A stretch of DNA of 52,977 nt from a virus. Below, in pieces: positions 43,240 to 50,826 of the stretch (position 1 is the first letter of the stretch; every line of letters begins with the position of its first letter). The stretch is taken from IMG/VR virus record IMGVR_UViG_3300048917_000597, positions 1-52,977 of that record; one strand, 5' to 3'. The translations under genes were made by a program, and so were the position numbers. The notes beneath the pieces are model-generated. The model saw only the letters and a list, made by a program, of their open reading frames with translations, ran no database searches and was not told the origin of the DNA.

Positions 43240-44065
43240 CGACTACGACGGCGCCACCCGTGACGCAACGATTGCGTCGTTCGCCGGGCCCAAGGGAATG
43301 GCTCTGGTGAGGGCGTGGCCTGATGGTCGCACCGATCCAGGCTGGGGCCTTACGTCACCGAGTGGCGACGGCTTCATGCTGCGCTACATGCGTGGCGAGT
43401 TCAATGAGCGGCGCGTGCTGTACGGCTACGTCCGTGACAAGTGGGCGTTCGCCTACGTGATGCGCTCGCTGAAGCTGGTGGTCGTCGACATCGACGGCAA
43501 GAACGGTGGGCTCGAGCACGCCAAGAAGCTCGGCATGCTGCCGCCCACCATGGCGGAGACGTCCAAGAGCGGGAACGGGTATCACCTGTTCTACGAGCAC
43601 GACGAGCCCTGGGACAACGACAAGGGCTTCGGTGCCCTGAGCGACCGCATTGGGATCGAGCAGGGGGTGGACATCCGGGCGACCGGCTGTGTCTACCACC
43701 ACAAGCAGCAGCGCTGGAACGACCGTCGGGTGGCGAAGCTGCCCGAGTTCCTGCGTGACCTGTTGTCGCACCGTGAGCAGAAGCTCGCGGCCACACATGC
43801 CAGGATCGACACGATCCTGGCTGACCATGATGAGCTGGAGGTTCTCATGCTGCACGACGAGATCATGACGGAGCTGAAGAAGCCGATCCCCTCGGGGAAG
43901 CGGAACGTGACGCTCTTCGCGATCGGCAACCAGATGCGCCAGGCGCAGATCCCGGGCTGGGAGCAGTTGGTCACCGACCGGGCCACGGCCGTGGGGCTGC
44001 CGGCGGACGAGACGCTGAAGCTGATCAGCAACATCAATCACTACGGCTCGCCGGTCACGCCGTGA
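43202..44065 (+). CDS. Bifunctional primase-polymerase (prim-pol) domain protein
   Basis: ATG 43202 lies 6 nt after GGGAG, with a 38-nt overlap on the upstream gene. Contains LKLVVVDIDGKNGG (DxD) and SGNGYHLFY (sGxGxHhyf). Confidence 0.7.
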   Translation: MTPSSSLPWWRTDDYDGATRDATIASFAGPKGMALVRAWPDGRTDPGWGLTSPSGDGFMLRYMRGEFNERRVLYGYVRDKWAFAYVMRSLKLVVVDIDGKNGGLEHAKKLGMLPPTMAETSKSGNGYHLFYEHDEPWDNDKGFGALSDRIGIEQGVDIRATGCVYHHKQQRWNDRRVAKLPEFLRDLLSHREQKLAATHARIDTILADHDELEVLMLHDEIMTELKKPIPSGKRNVTLFAIGNQMRQAQIPGWEQLVTDRATAVGLPADETLKLISNINHYGSPVTP

Positions 44066-44367
44066 CGACGCGGCTGGTCACCGTCGAGTTCGTGCCCGGG
44101 TTCGAGGGCATCGGTGAGCGCGTCACCACCGACGACGGCTACAAGCGTGGCGGCTGGCGCTACCAGTGCGACGGCATGCCGAGCCTTGCCGGTTGCCACA
44201 GCGAGATCGTAGTGCCCCGGCGCTACGTGCGGTTCGGCATCAAGCCCTCGGGCTGGTGGGTGACGTGGGGTGAGGACGAGGACTGGAAGCCGGACAAGGA
44301 CCTGGTCCTGACCTTCTGCCCGCGATGCACCGCGATCATCCGGGGCGAGAAGATCCCGGTGCGTTGA
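44062..44367 (+). CDS. Hypothetical protein (101 aa) with Cys pairs
   Basis: GTGA overlap. YQCDGMPSLAGCH...FCPRC suggests a zinc ribbon. Confidence 0.55.
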   Translation: MTTRLVTVEFVPGFEGIGERVTTDDGYKRGGWRYQCDGMPSLAGCHSEIVVPRRYVRFGIKPSGWWVTWGEDEDWKPDKDLVLTFCPRCTAIIRGEKIPVR

Positions 44368-44368
44368 G

Positions 44369-44413
44369 AGAGCAGGGCTCGCGACCTTCGGGTTGCGGGT
44401 CCTGCTCTTTTTT
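44369..44413 (+). terminator. Rho-independent terminator
   Basis: 18-bp stem AGAGCAGGGCTCGCGACC-ttcg-GGTTGCGGGTCCTGCTCT (3 G-U pairs, TTCG tetraloop) running into TTTTTT (44408-44413). It starts 2 nt after the stop. Confidence 0.85.
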
Positions 44414-44419
44414 CCGGGT

Positions 44420-44425
44420 TAGGAT
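44420..44425 (+). promoter_or_regulatory. Candidate -10 element (TAGGAT) for a leaderless transcript starting at ATG 44432
   Basis: TAnnnT hexamer, then 6 nt, then the A of the ATG. There is no Shine-Dalgarno sequence between the terminator and the ATG. This pattern is known for actinobacterial leaderless mRNAs. Confidence 0.35.
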
Positions 44426-44431
44426 GCGCTC

Positions 44432-44977
44432 ATGGCCAAGGACCTGAGCGCGGGGGAGAGCTTGCTCTCCGAGGTGGAGATTCTGCTGAGGAAGAGGTTC
44501 GAGGCGGGGGAAGTGTCTCGGTCGCGCCTGCCGTCGCACGCGCGACCGGCCGCCGGGTCCGAGCGGATCGACCAGCTGACTCTCCCGGATTCGGAGAGAA
44601 GCAAGATGCCCTTCACCAAGGACAAGTTCCTGGTGCGCGAGAACCCTCACCTGGTCCAGTGGGAGCGTGAGGTCCGCAAGTTCCTGCGCAACCTGTCACC
44701 GACGCACGGGCACCGTGTCGCCGCGGTGATGATCTACGAGTGGGCCACCGGGATCCGGGTAGCGGACCTGATGGCCGAGGGCGGGTCGGCACAGGCTGAC
44801 CTCCGCAAGATCAACCAGGTGCTGCGGTTCTACTTCGACAAGCCGTACATGACCTACATCGCGGGTCGCAAGATCCCGAAGGCTTATCGGGTGCGGCCGG
44901 GGTACTACATCCGCCGGCACCGGCCGCTCACGCTCACGCTCTACGCGGAGTACTGCGAGGGCACGCTGTACCCGTGA
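44432..44977 (+). CDS. Hypothetical basic protein (181 aa), possible DNA-binding regulator
   Basis: It is the first ORF after the strong terminator. The basic C-terminal half (RKINQVLRFYFDKPYMTYIAGRKIPKAYRVRPGYYIRRHR) carries no verified motif. Confidence 0.5.
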   Translation: MAKDLSAGESLLSEVEILLRKRFEAGEVSRSRLPSHARPAAGSERIDQLTLPDSERSKMPFTKDKFLVRENPHLVQWEREVRKFLRNLSPTHGHRVAAVMIYEWATGIRVADLMAEGGSAQADLRKINQVLRFYFDKPYMTYIAGRKIPKAYRVRPGYYIRRHRPLTLTLYAEYCEGTLYP

Positions 44978-45324
44978 GCACCAACGGCAAGTTCCGGGTC
45001 GAGCCGGACGGGACGCACGTCTACAAGGACTACCACCGCTACAAGCCGGTGCCCTTGGAGGATCGGAAGTACGCCGTGAGGCGTCCGGACGACCCCCGGG
45101 CGGTCAGGTTCCACGGTCAGTGGTTCCTACCCCTGGACGTGCTGCCCGACGAGAGGCGCTGTATGCCCCTCACAGCGCCTGACAGCGAGACGCTGACACA
45201 TCGGGCCAGGTGCACCTGTGAAGTCTGCCGTAGGCCCGCTGCTGCGGCGCTGTGGGCCCGGAAAGCCCGGCAGCTCGAGCCGGTCACACGTGCAGGGTTC
45301 GTTCCTGGACCTGCTCGTCGCTGA
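44974..45324 (+). CDS. Hypothetical protein (116 aa)
   Basis: GTGA overlap. Its 3' end overlaps the convergent minus-strand gene by 41 nt. Confidence 0.45.
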   Translation: MSTNGKFRVEPDGTHVYKDYHRYKPVPLEDRKYAVRRPDDPRAVRFHGQWFLPLDVLPDERRCMPLTAPDSETLTHRARCTCEVCRRPAAAALWARKARQLEPVTRAGFVPGPARR

Positions 45325-45565
45325 TCGCACCGCCCTCGAGGCGCTGAAAGATCAGCGAGATCGACTCGAGGTCCTTGGCCAAGATCGCCTGGAGGAACAG
45401 CGTTGCGGCGGTGTGGTCCAGCACGTCAGGGCTGTCCTTCCAGATCATCTGGATGGTTCCAAACCGCTGGTTCCACAGCCACAGGATGCGCGTGTCGAGG
45501 CTGCCTCGGTGTGAGTCGGGGATCTGCGAGCGGAACTTCCGCTGGACCGGGACTAGGGCTCCCAT
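45284..45565 (-). CDS. Hypothetical protein (93 aa)
   Basis: ATG 45565 lies 6 nt after GGAGG. The track ORF N-terminal extension (to 45631) is Arg-rich and overlaps the upstream gene. Confidence 0.5.
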   Translation of the reverse strand: MGALVPVQRKFRSQIPDSHRGSLDTRILWLWNQRFGTIQMIWKDSPDVLDHTAATLFLQAILAKDLESISLIFQRLEGGAISDEQVQERTLHV

Positions 45566-45774
45566 AGCTGGCCTCCGCCTGCTCCGAAGAAGATGACGCT
45601 GCCGAAGAGGTAGAGCACGTAGCCCAGGCACACGGAAGCGATGAAGAGGGCGATGCCCATGGTGATGTAGCGCAGCCAGTCGACCCGTCGGATCTTCTCG
45701 CTCGACAGGTAGATGGCGGTGCCGGCCACGATGGTCAGGGCCATGGCGATCTGGATGATCTGGGACCAGTTCAT
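45553..45774 (-). CDS. Small membrane protein (2 TM); holin candidate
   Basis: ATGA overlap at 45774. Hydrophobic stretches are IIQIAMALTIVAGTAIYL and ITMGIALFIASVCLGYVLYLFGSVIFF. Confidence 0.6.
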   Translation of the reverse strand: MNWSQIIQIAMALTIVAGTAIYLSSEKIRRVDWLRYITMGIALFIASVCLGYVLYLFGSVIFFGAGGGQLWEP

Positions 45775-45950
45775 CCGATCCACCTCTGCAGCTTCACAGC
45801 GGCCGGGCCCTCGACGAAGACGATGAGGCTCTCGTCTCGGCCGGAGGCCATGAAGTCGCCGAGCTGGAGGAGCTGGTCGAGATCCTCGGTCGGTAGCCCG
45901 AGGTCGACTGTCTCATCCAGCAGCTGGCTGTACGCCTTCAGCTGGCTCAT
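45771..45950 (-). CDS. Hypothetical acidic mini-protein (59 aa)
   Basis: ATG 45950 lies 8 nt after GGAGG (the track starts at GTG 45959). Confidence 0.5.
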   Translation of the reverse strand: MSQLKAYSQLLDETVDLGLPTEDLDQLLQLGDFMASGRDESLIVFVEGPAAVKLQRWIG

Positions 45951-46233
45951 CGAGCTCACCTCCTGTCAGATCTACGAAGTCCACCTGGATGTCGTTGCGT
46001 GTGGCCGGGTGGCTGCCGGCACGGCGCCGGCCGACGAGCCGGTCCATGATCATTCTGCGCGCCTTGTTCGCACGGACCAGGCTGCCACGCACGTTCTGAT
46101 CGGGGCGGTTGGCGATGTCGAACAGCGCGCGGGCGACCAGCTCGTGGGCCGGGTGCTGGATCACCTCGTCGTCGACGGGCCGCGGGTAGTCGGCCACGTT
46201 CTGCAACGCGGCTCGGATGCTGACGGGCTTCAT
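45913..46233 (-). CDS. Hypothetical protein (106 aa) translationally coupled to the large terminase
   Basis: ATGA overlap with the terminase stop. The track ORF extension to 46449 lies inside the terminase gene. The helix ..RGSLVRANKARRMIMDRLVGRR.. loosely recalls small-terminase/HTH helices; no call is made on that basis. Confidence 0.55.
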   Translation of the reverse strand: MKPVSIRAALQNVADYPRPVDDEVIQHPAHELVARALFDIANRPDQNVRGSLVRANKARRMIMDRLVGRRRAGSHPATRNDIQVDFVDLTGGELDEPAEGVQPAAG

Positions 46234-47693
46234 CTGGCCCACACTCCTGAGTAGTCCTGCACGTAGTCGGTGCTGGTGTTGGTCACGCCCGGCTGCTCGA
46301 AGAAGACACCGCCGAAGAACTGCAGCTCCTTGACCGCCTGGTCCGCGTAGCGCAGGGCGTCCATCATGTGGCTGAAGCGATCGTGCAGGGGCTTGTCGGT
46401 CCACTGCTGCAGCTTGTGGCTGAACTCGTACTTGTAGTTCTCGAGGCACTCGAGGATCCAGTCGCAGTTCTCGCTGTGGATCACCGTGTTGTAGAGCTCC
46501 ATGCGGGTCTGCTGGATGTCGGTCACGATGTCGTAGTCACCCTGGCGGGAGCCAGGGATCTTGAACGCCTTGTTCGACTTGGCCAGCACCGAGACGTTGG
46601 GGAACTTGGTGCGCATCATGTCGGCCGGCGTGGTGTTCACGGCCTTCTCGTGGTGGTCACCGTCCCAGGGCAGGATGATCTGGGCGATCTTGTTGAACCA
46701 GGGCTTCTCCCGCAGCACGTCGACGTACTCGGGCAGGGCCTTGCCGTGGCCCTCGCCGCAGTCGTAGAGGAACTTCCGGCCGTTGATCCACTGGAAGGCG
46801 ATCCACGCTGTGGCATCGGAGTGCATGCCGGAGGAGCCGATGTCGAAGACCACGTAGATCGGGTGCGCGGTGTTGATGTTGAAGATGTGTGACCGGCCCT
46901 CGGCCAGCAGCTTCATGTACGCCTCGCCGTAGACGGCGGCGGCATCCATCTCCTCGAACGAGCAGTAGTACTCCTGCTCGAACATCCGGTCGTTGCCGAA
47001 CCGCTTGCGGTAGGAGTCGCGGTCCTCCTCGAGCGTGGCCTCGCTGCGGACGAGCGGCAGGCCCTCGCGCCGCATCATCTCGTTCAGGTCGTCGATCGTG
47101 CGGATGATGACCTGGAAGTTGTCGTTGCCCTTCTGGGCTTCCATCAGCTGCCACAGTGGGTTCTTCCGCTTACCACGTGGCGTGCTCACGACCATGAGCC
47201 GCTTGTCCTCGGCCTCGTTGCTGATGATCGGCATGAGCCGGGGCAGCGGGTCCTCGCGTGTGAACAGCGCAAGCTCGGTGAAGGCGTAGTCCTGGAAGGA
47301 CGTGCCGACACCGTTGTTGTCCTTGCCGGACTGGAAGTAACCCTGCAGCTTGAGCCGGCTCTTGTTGGTGAACCGGCCCTCCATGACCGTGTCCTTCCAA
47401 GCGACCAGCTCGGACGGCACGTTGTCCTGCAGGGCCTGGATGTAGTGGCCGCTGTCAGGGTCGTAGTAGGTCTTGTCCCACAGGATGTCGCGGATGACGG
47501 GGTTGTTCAGGGAGACGTAGACACCGGTGGTCTTCGGTGTGCGCAGCCGGCGGCCGCACATCTCCATGCTCATGGCCACGTCCTTGCCCGACTGCCGGGG
47601 AAGGACGGCGACGCCGATGCGGCGCCGAGCCCACATCTTGTGGAGCTCCTCTTGGTAGGGCCGTGGTCGGTAGTGGACAGGGAACGTGGCCAT
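46230..47693 (-). CDS. terL: Terminase large subunit
   Basis: 487 aa. Walker A-like VLPRQSGKDV, then MVVSTPRG, then a nuclease-domain Asp in YVVFDIGSSG. Confidence 0.85.
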   Translation of the reverse strand: MATFPVHYRPRPYQEELHKMWARRRIGVAVLPRQSGKDVAMSMEMCGRRLRTPKTTGVYVSLNNPVIRDILWDKTYYDPDSGHYIQALQDNVPSELVAWKDTVMEGRFTNKSRLKLQGYFQSGKDNNGVGTSFQDYAFTELALFTREDPLPRLMPIISNEAEDKRLMVVSTPRGKRKNPLWQLMEAQKGNDNFQVIIRTIDDLNEMMRREGLPLVRSEATLEEDRDSYRKRFGNDRMFEQEYYCSFEEMDAAAVYGEAYMKLLAEGRSHIFNINTAHPIYVVFDIGSSGMHSDATAWIAFQWINGRKFLYDCGEGHGKALPEYVDVLREKPWFNKIAQIILPWDGDHHEKAVNTTPADMMRTKFPNVSVLAKSNKAFKIPGSRQGDYDIVTDIQQTRMELYNTVIHSENCDWILECLENYKYEFSHKLQQWTDKPLHDRFSHMMDALRYADQAVKELQFFGGVFFEQPGVTNTSTDYVQDYSGVWAR

Positions 47694-47702
47694 GAGCAGG
47701 AG

Positions 47703-47864
47703 TCACTTACCGCTCTTGGCGGTGGTCTTCTTGGCCGCCGTCTTCTTGGCGGCAGGCTTGGACTCGGACTTCGACTTCGACTTGGACGAGCCGTCGTCGT
47801 CGACGTGGCCGAGCTCGATCCCCGCGTACTCGCGGAACTGCTCGGCAGCGCTGTCGGTGGGCAT
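47703..47864 (-). CDS. Small Lys-rich protein (53 aa)
   Basis: Below the track cut-off. ATG 47864 lies 5 nt after GAGAGGAGG. The sequence is MPTDSAAEQFREYAGIELGHVDDDGSSKSKSKSESKPAAKKTAAKKTTAKSGK. It ends 9 nt before the terminase start. Confidence 0.55.
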   Translation of the reverse strand: MPTDSAAEQFREYAGIELGHVDDDGSSKSKSKSESKPAAKKTAAKKTTAKSGK

Positions 47865-47875
47865 GGATCCTCCTC

Positions 47876-48448
47876 TCAGCTGTAGCGCTTCTTGGACTTG
47901 AGGAAGGCCCGGCGGGTCTTCGCCGCTGCGATCTTCTCACGCCAGGTCTTGATCCGGGCGTTGATGCCCTTGACCTTCGTGTCGAGGACCTGGTCGTTCA
48001 GGTACGCCTTGTAGCTGAACGGGTCGGGGATCGGCTTGGGCCGCCAGGGGTCGATGTCCCGACCGTGGTCGGACAGGCCGTCCTTGCCCACGAGCCAGTC
48101 CTCGGTCTGGCGCTGGGCCTCCGGGTCGAGGCCGTGGCCGGTGCCACGCAGGATCGCGTGGATGTGCTCGGGCCACACGCCCGGCCGGGCACGACGGTGG
48201 TAGGCGGAGAAGCCGAGCTCGTCGAGCACGCGCACCTTGCGCTTGGCGTCGAACGGCGACAGGTCGACGACGCCGGTGCCCTTGTGGGTGTTGGAGCTGA
48301 CGCTGCTCTCGCCGGGGTCGTGACCCTTGATCACCGTGAGGTTGTAGCCCAGCCGCTGCTCGGCGACGTGCAGAGCAGCGGCTGTGCGGCGGTCGACGGT
48401 CGCGCCGCCCGGCCAGGTGATGTACTCGCTCGGGTCGTTGATGGTCAT
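47876..48448 (-). CDS. Endolysin, zinc peptidase M15/VanY-like
   Basis: ATG 48448 (ATGA overlap, GGAGGAAG upstream). The track ORF extension to 49096 lies inside the upstream gene. Motifs are SSNTHKGTGVVDLS (H-x6-D) and WPEHIHAIL (HxH). Confidence 0.7.
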   Translation of the reverse strand: MTINDPSEYITWPGGATVDRRTAAALHVAEQRLGYNLTVIKGHDPGESSVSSNTHKGTGVVDLSPFDAKRKVRVLDELGFSAYHRRARPGVWPEHIHAILRGTGHGLDPEAQRQTEDWLVGKDGLSDHGRDIDPWRPKPIPDPFSYKAYLNDQVLDTKVKGINARIKTWREKIAAAKTRRAFLKSKKRYS

Positions 48449-49215
48449 GGCTTCCTCCGCTTGATGCTGAACTCGCCTTCGACGAGGTAGTGGTCGCTGT
48501 TGAGAGAGAACTCCGAGTCGTCGAACGCCTGGATCCGCAGGCCCTTGACTCGGTGGTCGTGGTCGTACGACGCGATCACGTCGATGTTGCCGTGACCGGT
48601 GTTCTCGTAGTGGCCGAGCTCGTCCCACAGCGAGGTGAACGGCTCGCCGAGGAACGTGTCCTCCTTGCGGTCGATGATGTTCTGGTCGCCGCCGTAGAAC
48701 ACCAGCCGGGAGCCGAGACCGTGGAGCCGGCCGAGGCGCCCGATCGCACGGGCGATCTTCTGGTTGGCCAGCTGGCGCTCGTCGGCTCGCTTGTTGAGCG
48801 GACCGGGAGCACCGTGGGTGACGTAGTGCGCGGCGAGGATCGTCAGGTCCGCACCGACCATCGGGCAGTGGCCGGTGACGCGCAGCACGCCGCGCGGCTC
48901 CCACTTCTTGGCCTGGCCCGGGACGACCTCGACCCACTCGGTGTCGACCGGGCCGTCGAAGAGGTCCTGTCGGTGGACGATCCACACGTCGCTGCCCTGG
49001 TGGAAGGACAGGCCGTTGACCTTGGCCCGGTCCTTCCACGCGGCAGCGAGGTGGGACTGGCTGTTGACCGCCTCGGTCCCGGTGAGCCAGCGCCACTGGC
49101 GCTTCTTCATCCGGGTGATCAGACGCATCACGTCGTACGTCTGCTGAGCGGTCGTGTCCGTCCGCTGCCCGCTGCTGTGGGCACAGCGGACAACGACCCC
49201 CTTGGTGTTGAACAT
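48445..49215 (-). CDS. Endonuclease/exonuclease/phosphatase (EEP, DNase I-like) family protein
   Basis: Ordered EEP signatures: WLTGTEAV (catalytic Glu), ILAAHYV, LVFYGGDQNI (GDxN), NIDVIASY, NSDHYLVEGEF (SDH). Confidence 0.7.
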   Translation of the reverse strand: MFNTKGVVVRCAHSSGQRTDTTAQQTYDVMRLITRMKKRQWRWLTGTEAVNSQSHLAAAWKDRAKVNGLSFHQGSDVWIVHRQDLFDGPVDTEWVEVVPGQAKKWEPRGVLRVTGHCPMVGADLTILAAHYVTHGAPGPLNKRADERQLANQKIARAIGRLGRLHGLGSRLVFYGGDQNIIDRKEDTFLGEPFTSLWDELGHYENTGHGNIDVIASYDHDHRVKGLRIQAFDDSEFSLNSDHYLVEGEFSIKRRKP

Positions 49216-49218
49216 GGC

Positions 49219-50244
49219 TCAGATCCTCAGGTTGGGCAGGCCGATGGTGCCGAACAGGGTCGAGAAGTCCTCGGCCTGGTCGCCGCTGCCGGCCTTGCTC
49301 TGGATGCCCGCCTGCGGTGGGTCGGCGGGAGGAGCAGCCGCAGCAGGAGCGGCGGGGGTCGAAGCCGCCTCCCCCGCTGCGGGCGTCGCGCGCTCGGCCA
49401 CGAGCTGGGCTCGGAGCTGAGCGATGATCGGCTGCACGGGGATCGAGTAGCCCTGCAGCTTGCCCTCGACGCGGAGCTCGTACGGCTCGGCCAGTGTGGC
49501 GAACCGGTCGGCGAGGTCCTTGTCGAAGCCGGGTGCGTTGGGCACCAGGTCCGGGTTGTTCTGGAACAGCTCGATCGAGGCGTGGACGGTGGAGAGGAAG
49601 TCGCTGTTGTCGTCCATGGCACGTGACGCACGGTCACGGACCTCGGCCGCCAGCAGGGACTTCACGGCGTCCTGCCACTCACGGGCGTCGTCGGTGTCGC
49701 GCAGGACCTCCATGCCCTCGCGGCCGATGGCCGGCACCTCCTGGCCGACCAGCAGCCGCGGGTGCTGCTCGAGGGCCTGGAAGTACTGGGCGTGCTCGGT
49801 CTTCACCTCGTCGATCGCGGCCTGCTGGTAGGCTCCGGCGACCTTCTCCTCGAGTGCGGTGCTCAGTGCTCCGAAGTCGGGAACGTCCCCAGCAGGGACT
49901 TGAGCTGATCCTCCGCCGGTGGCAGGGGCTCCAGCTCCTCCGGCGTCGGCGGCGGCAGCTCGGTCACCGGCCGATTCTCCGGCAACAGGAGTCGCTGCTG
50001 CAGCTCCAGCTCCGGATCCGGCATCACCTGGGGTGGCTGGAGCAGCGGGTGTAGCGACTGCTCCGCCCTCACCAGGTGCAGGCGCTGCTGGTGCGCCAGC
50101 TCCAGCAGCATCTCCAGCTTCCGAGCCGACCGCAGCACCTTCCGCTGCTTCCGGCTCTGGCGCAAGAGCATCCATGAGTGACGAAAACGCAGAGTCGCCA
50201 CGTGGAAGCTCGATCGACTCCGGCTCAGCAGGCTGCTCACTCAT
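49219..50244 (-). CDS. Ala/Gly/Pro-rich protein, scaffold-like (341 aa)
   Basis: ATGA overlap at 50244. The N-terminal third is low-complexity (AEGAAVGSEAGDAAGAGAPAAPAPGEGG...). The middle is helical, the C-terminus is again low-complexity, and the protein ends GTIGLPNLRI. The function is inferred only from composition and from the lack of a scaffold gene between portal and capsid. Confidence 0.4.
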   Translation of the reverse strand: MSEQPAEPESIELPRGDSAFSSLMDALAPEPEAAEGAAVGSEAGDAAGAGAPAAPAPGEGGAVATPAAPATPGDAGSGAGAAAATPVAGESAGDRAAAADAGGAGAPATGGGSAQVPAGDVPDFGALSTALEEKVAGAYQQAAIDEVKTEHAQYFQALEQHPRLLVGQEVPAIGREGMEVLRDTDDAREWQDAVKSLLAAEVRDRASRAMDDNSDFLSTVHASIELFQNNPDLVPNAPGFDKDLADRFATLAEPYELRVEGKLQGYSIPVQPIIAQLRAQLVAERATPAAGEAASTPAAPAAAAPPADPPQAGIQSKAGSGDQAEDFSTLFGTIGLPNLRI

Positions 50245-50825
50245 CGGCCCGCCTCATCGCGTACGGCCTCGAGGGCTTCCGCGAGGTTCGCCTGGTCCTG
50301 GTCGGTGAACTCGAACTTGATGTTGTCCAGGAACGTGGCGATGCCCGTCTGGCTGAAGAACATCCGGTGGACCTCGGACGTGGCGGCGAGCTCGACGGCG
50401 GCGAGCGGGTCCTGGCAGTCCCAGGCCATCTCCCACCGGAGGAACTGGATCTGCCAGTCGCGCAGGAGGTTGAGGTAGTGGCCGCTGTTCTCCTCGACGT
50501 CCTCCTCCGGCGTGGTGTACGACAGGCAGTCGTCGTCGGTGGCGATCTCGTCGAGGAGGATCTGCTCGAGCTTGGCGAGCTTGCCGAAGAACAGCTCACG
50601 GAAGTCGAGCATGTCCTTGAACGTCAGGTGGAGGTGGCCGCCGATGATGCGGGTGGCCCACTGCGGCGTGATCGGCGCGTTGAGCTCCGCCTGTGCGGGC
50701 TTGAGCACCTCGCGCCACACCTGAAGGATCGGGTGGAAGTCCGGCTGCTGGCCGTCGGGCGCGATGCCCATGCCGGCCAGGTCGGCGACGTCCTGCTCGG
50801 ACAGCTCGATCTCGGGGACGCTCAT
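50241..50825 (-). CDS. Hypothetical acidic protein (194 aa)
   Basis: ATG 50825 lies 1 nt after the upstream stop. The track extension to 50900 overlaps the upstream gene. Confidence 0.6.
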   Translation of the reverse strand: MSVPEIELSEQDVADLAGMGIAPDGQQPDFHPILQVWREVLKPAQAELNAPITPQWATRIIGGHLHLTFKDMLDFRELFFGKLAKLEQILLDEIATDDDCLSYTTPEEDVEENSGHYLNLLRDWQIQFLRWEMAWDCQDPLAAVELAATSEVHRMFFSQTGIATFLDNIKFEFTDQDQANLAEALEAVRDEAGR

Positions 50826-50826
50826 G

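Noticed and set aside
47876-49096. 406-aa ORF-track model for the endolysin locus, and similar N-terminal extensions at 7400..8992, 5569..6516, 45913..46449, 50241..50900, 35511.., 38779.. and 39523..
   Set aside because: The extensions are Arg/Pro/Gly-rich read-through of the upstream gene in another frame. Internal starts with Shine-Dalgarno sequences or ATGA/GTGA/TGATG coupling give compact, non-overlapping operons.
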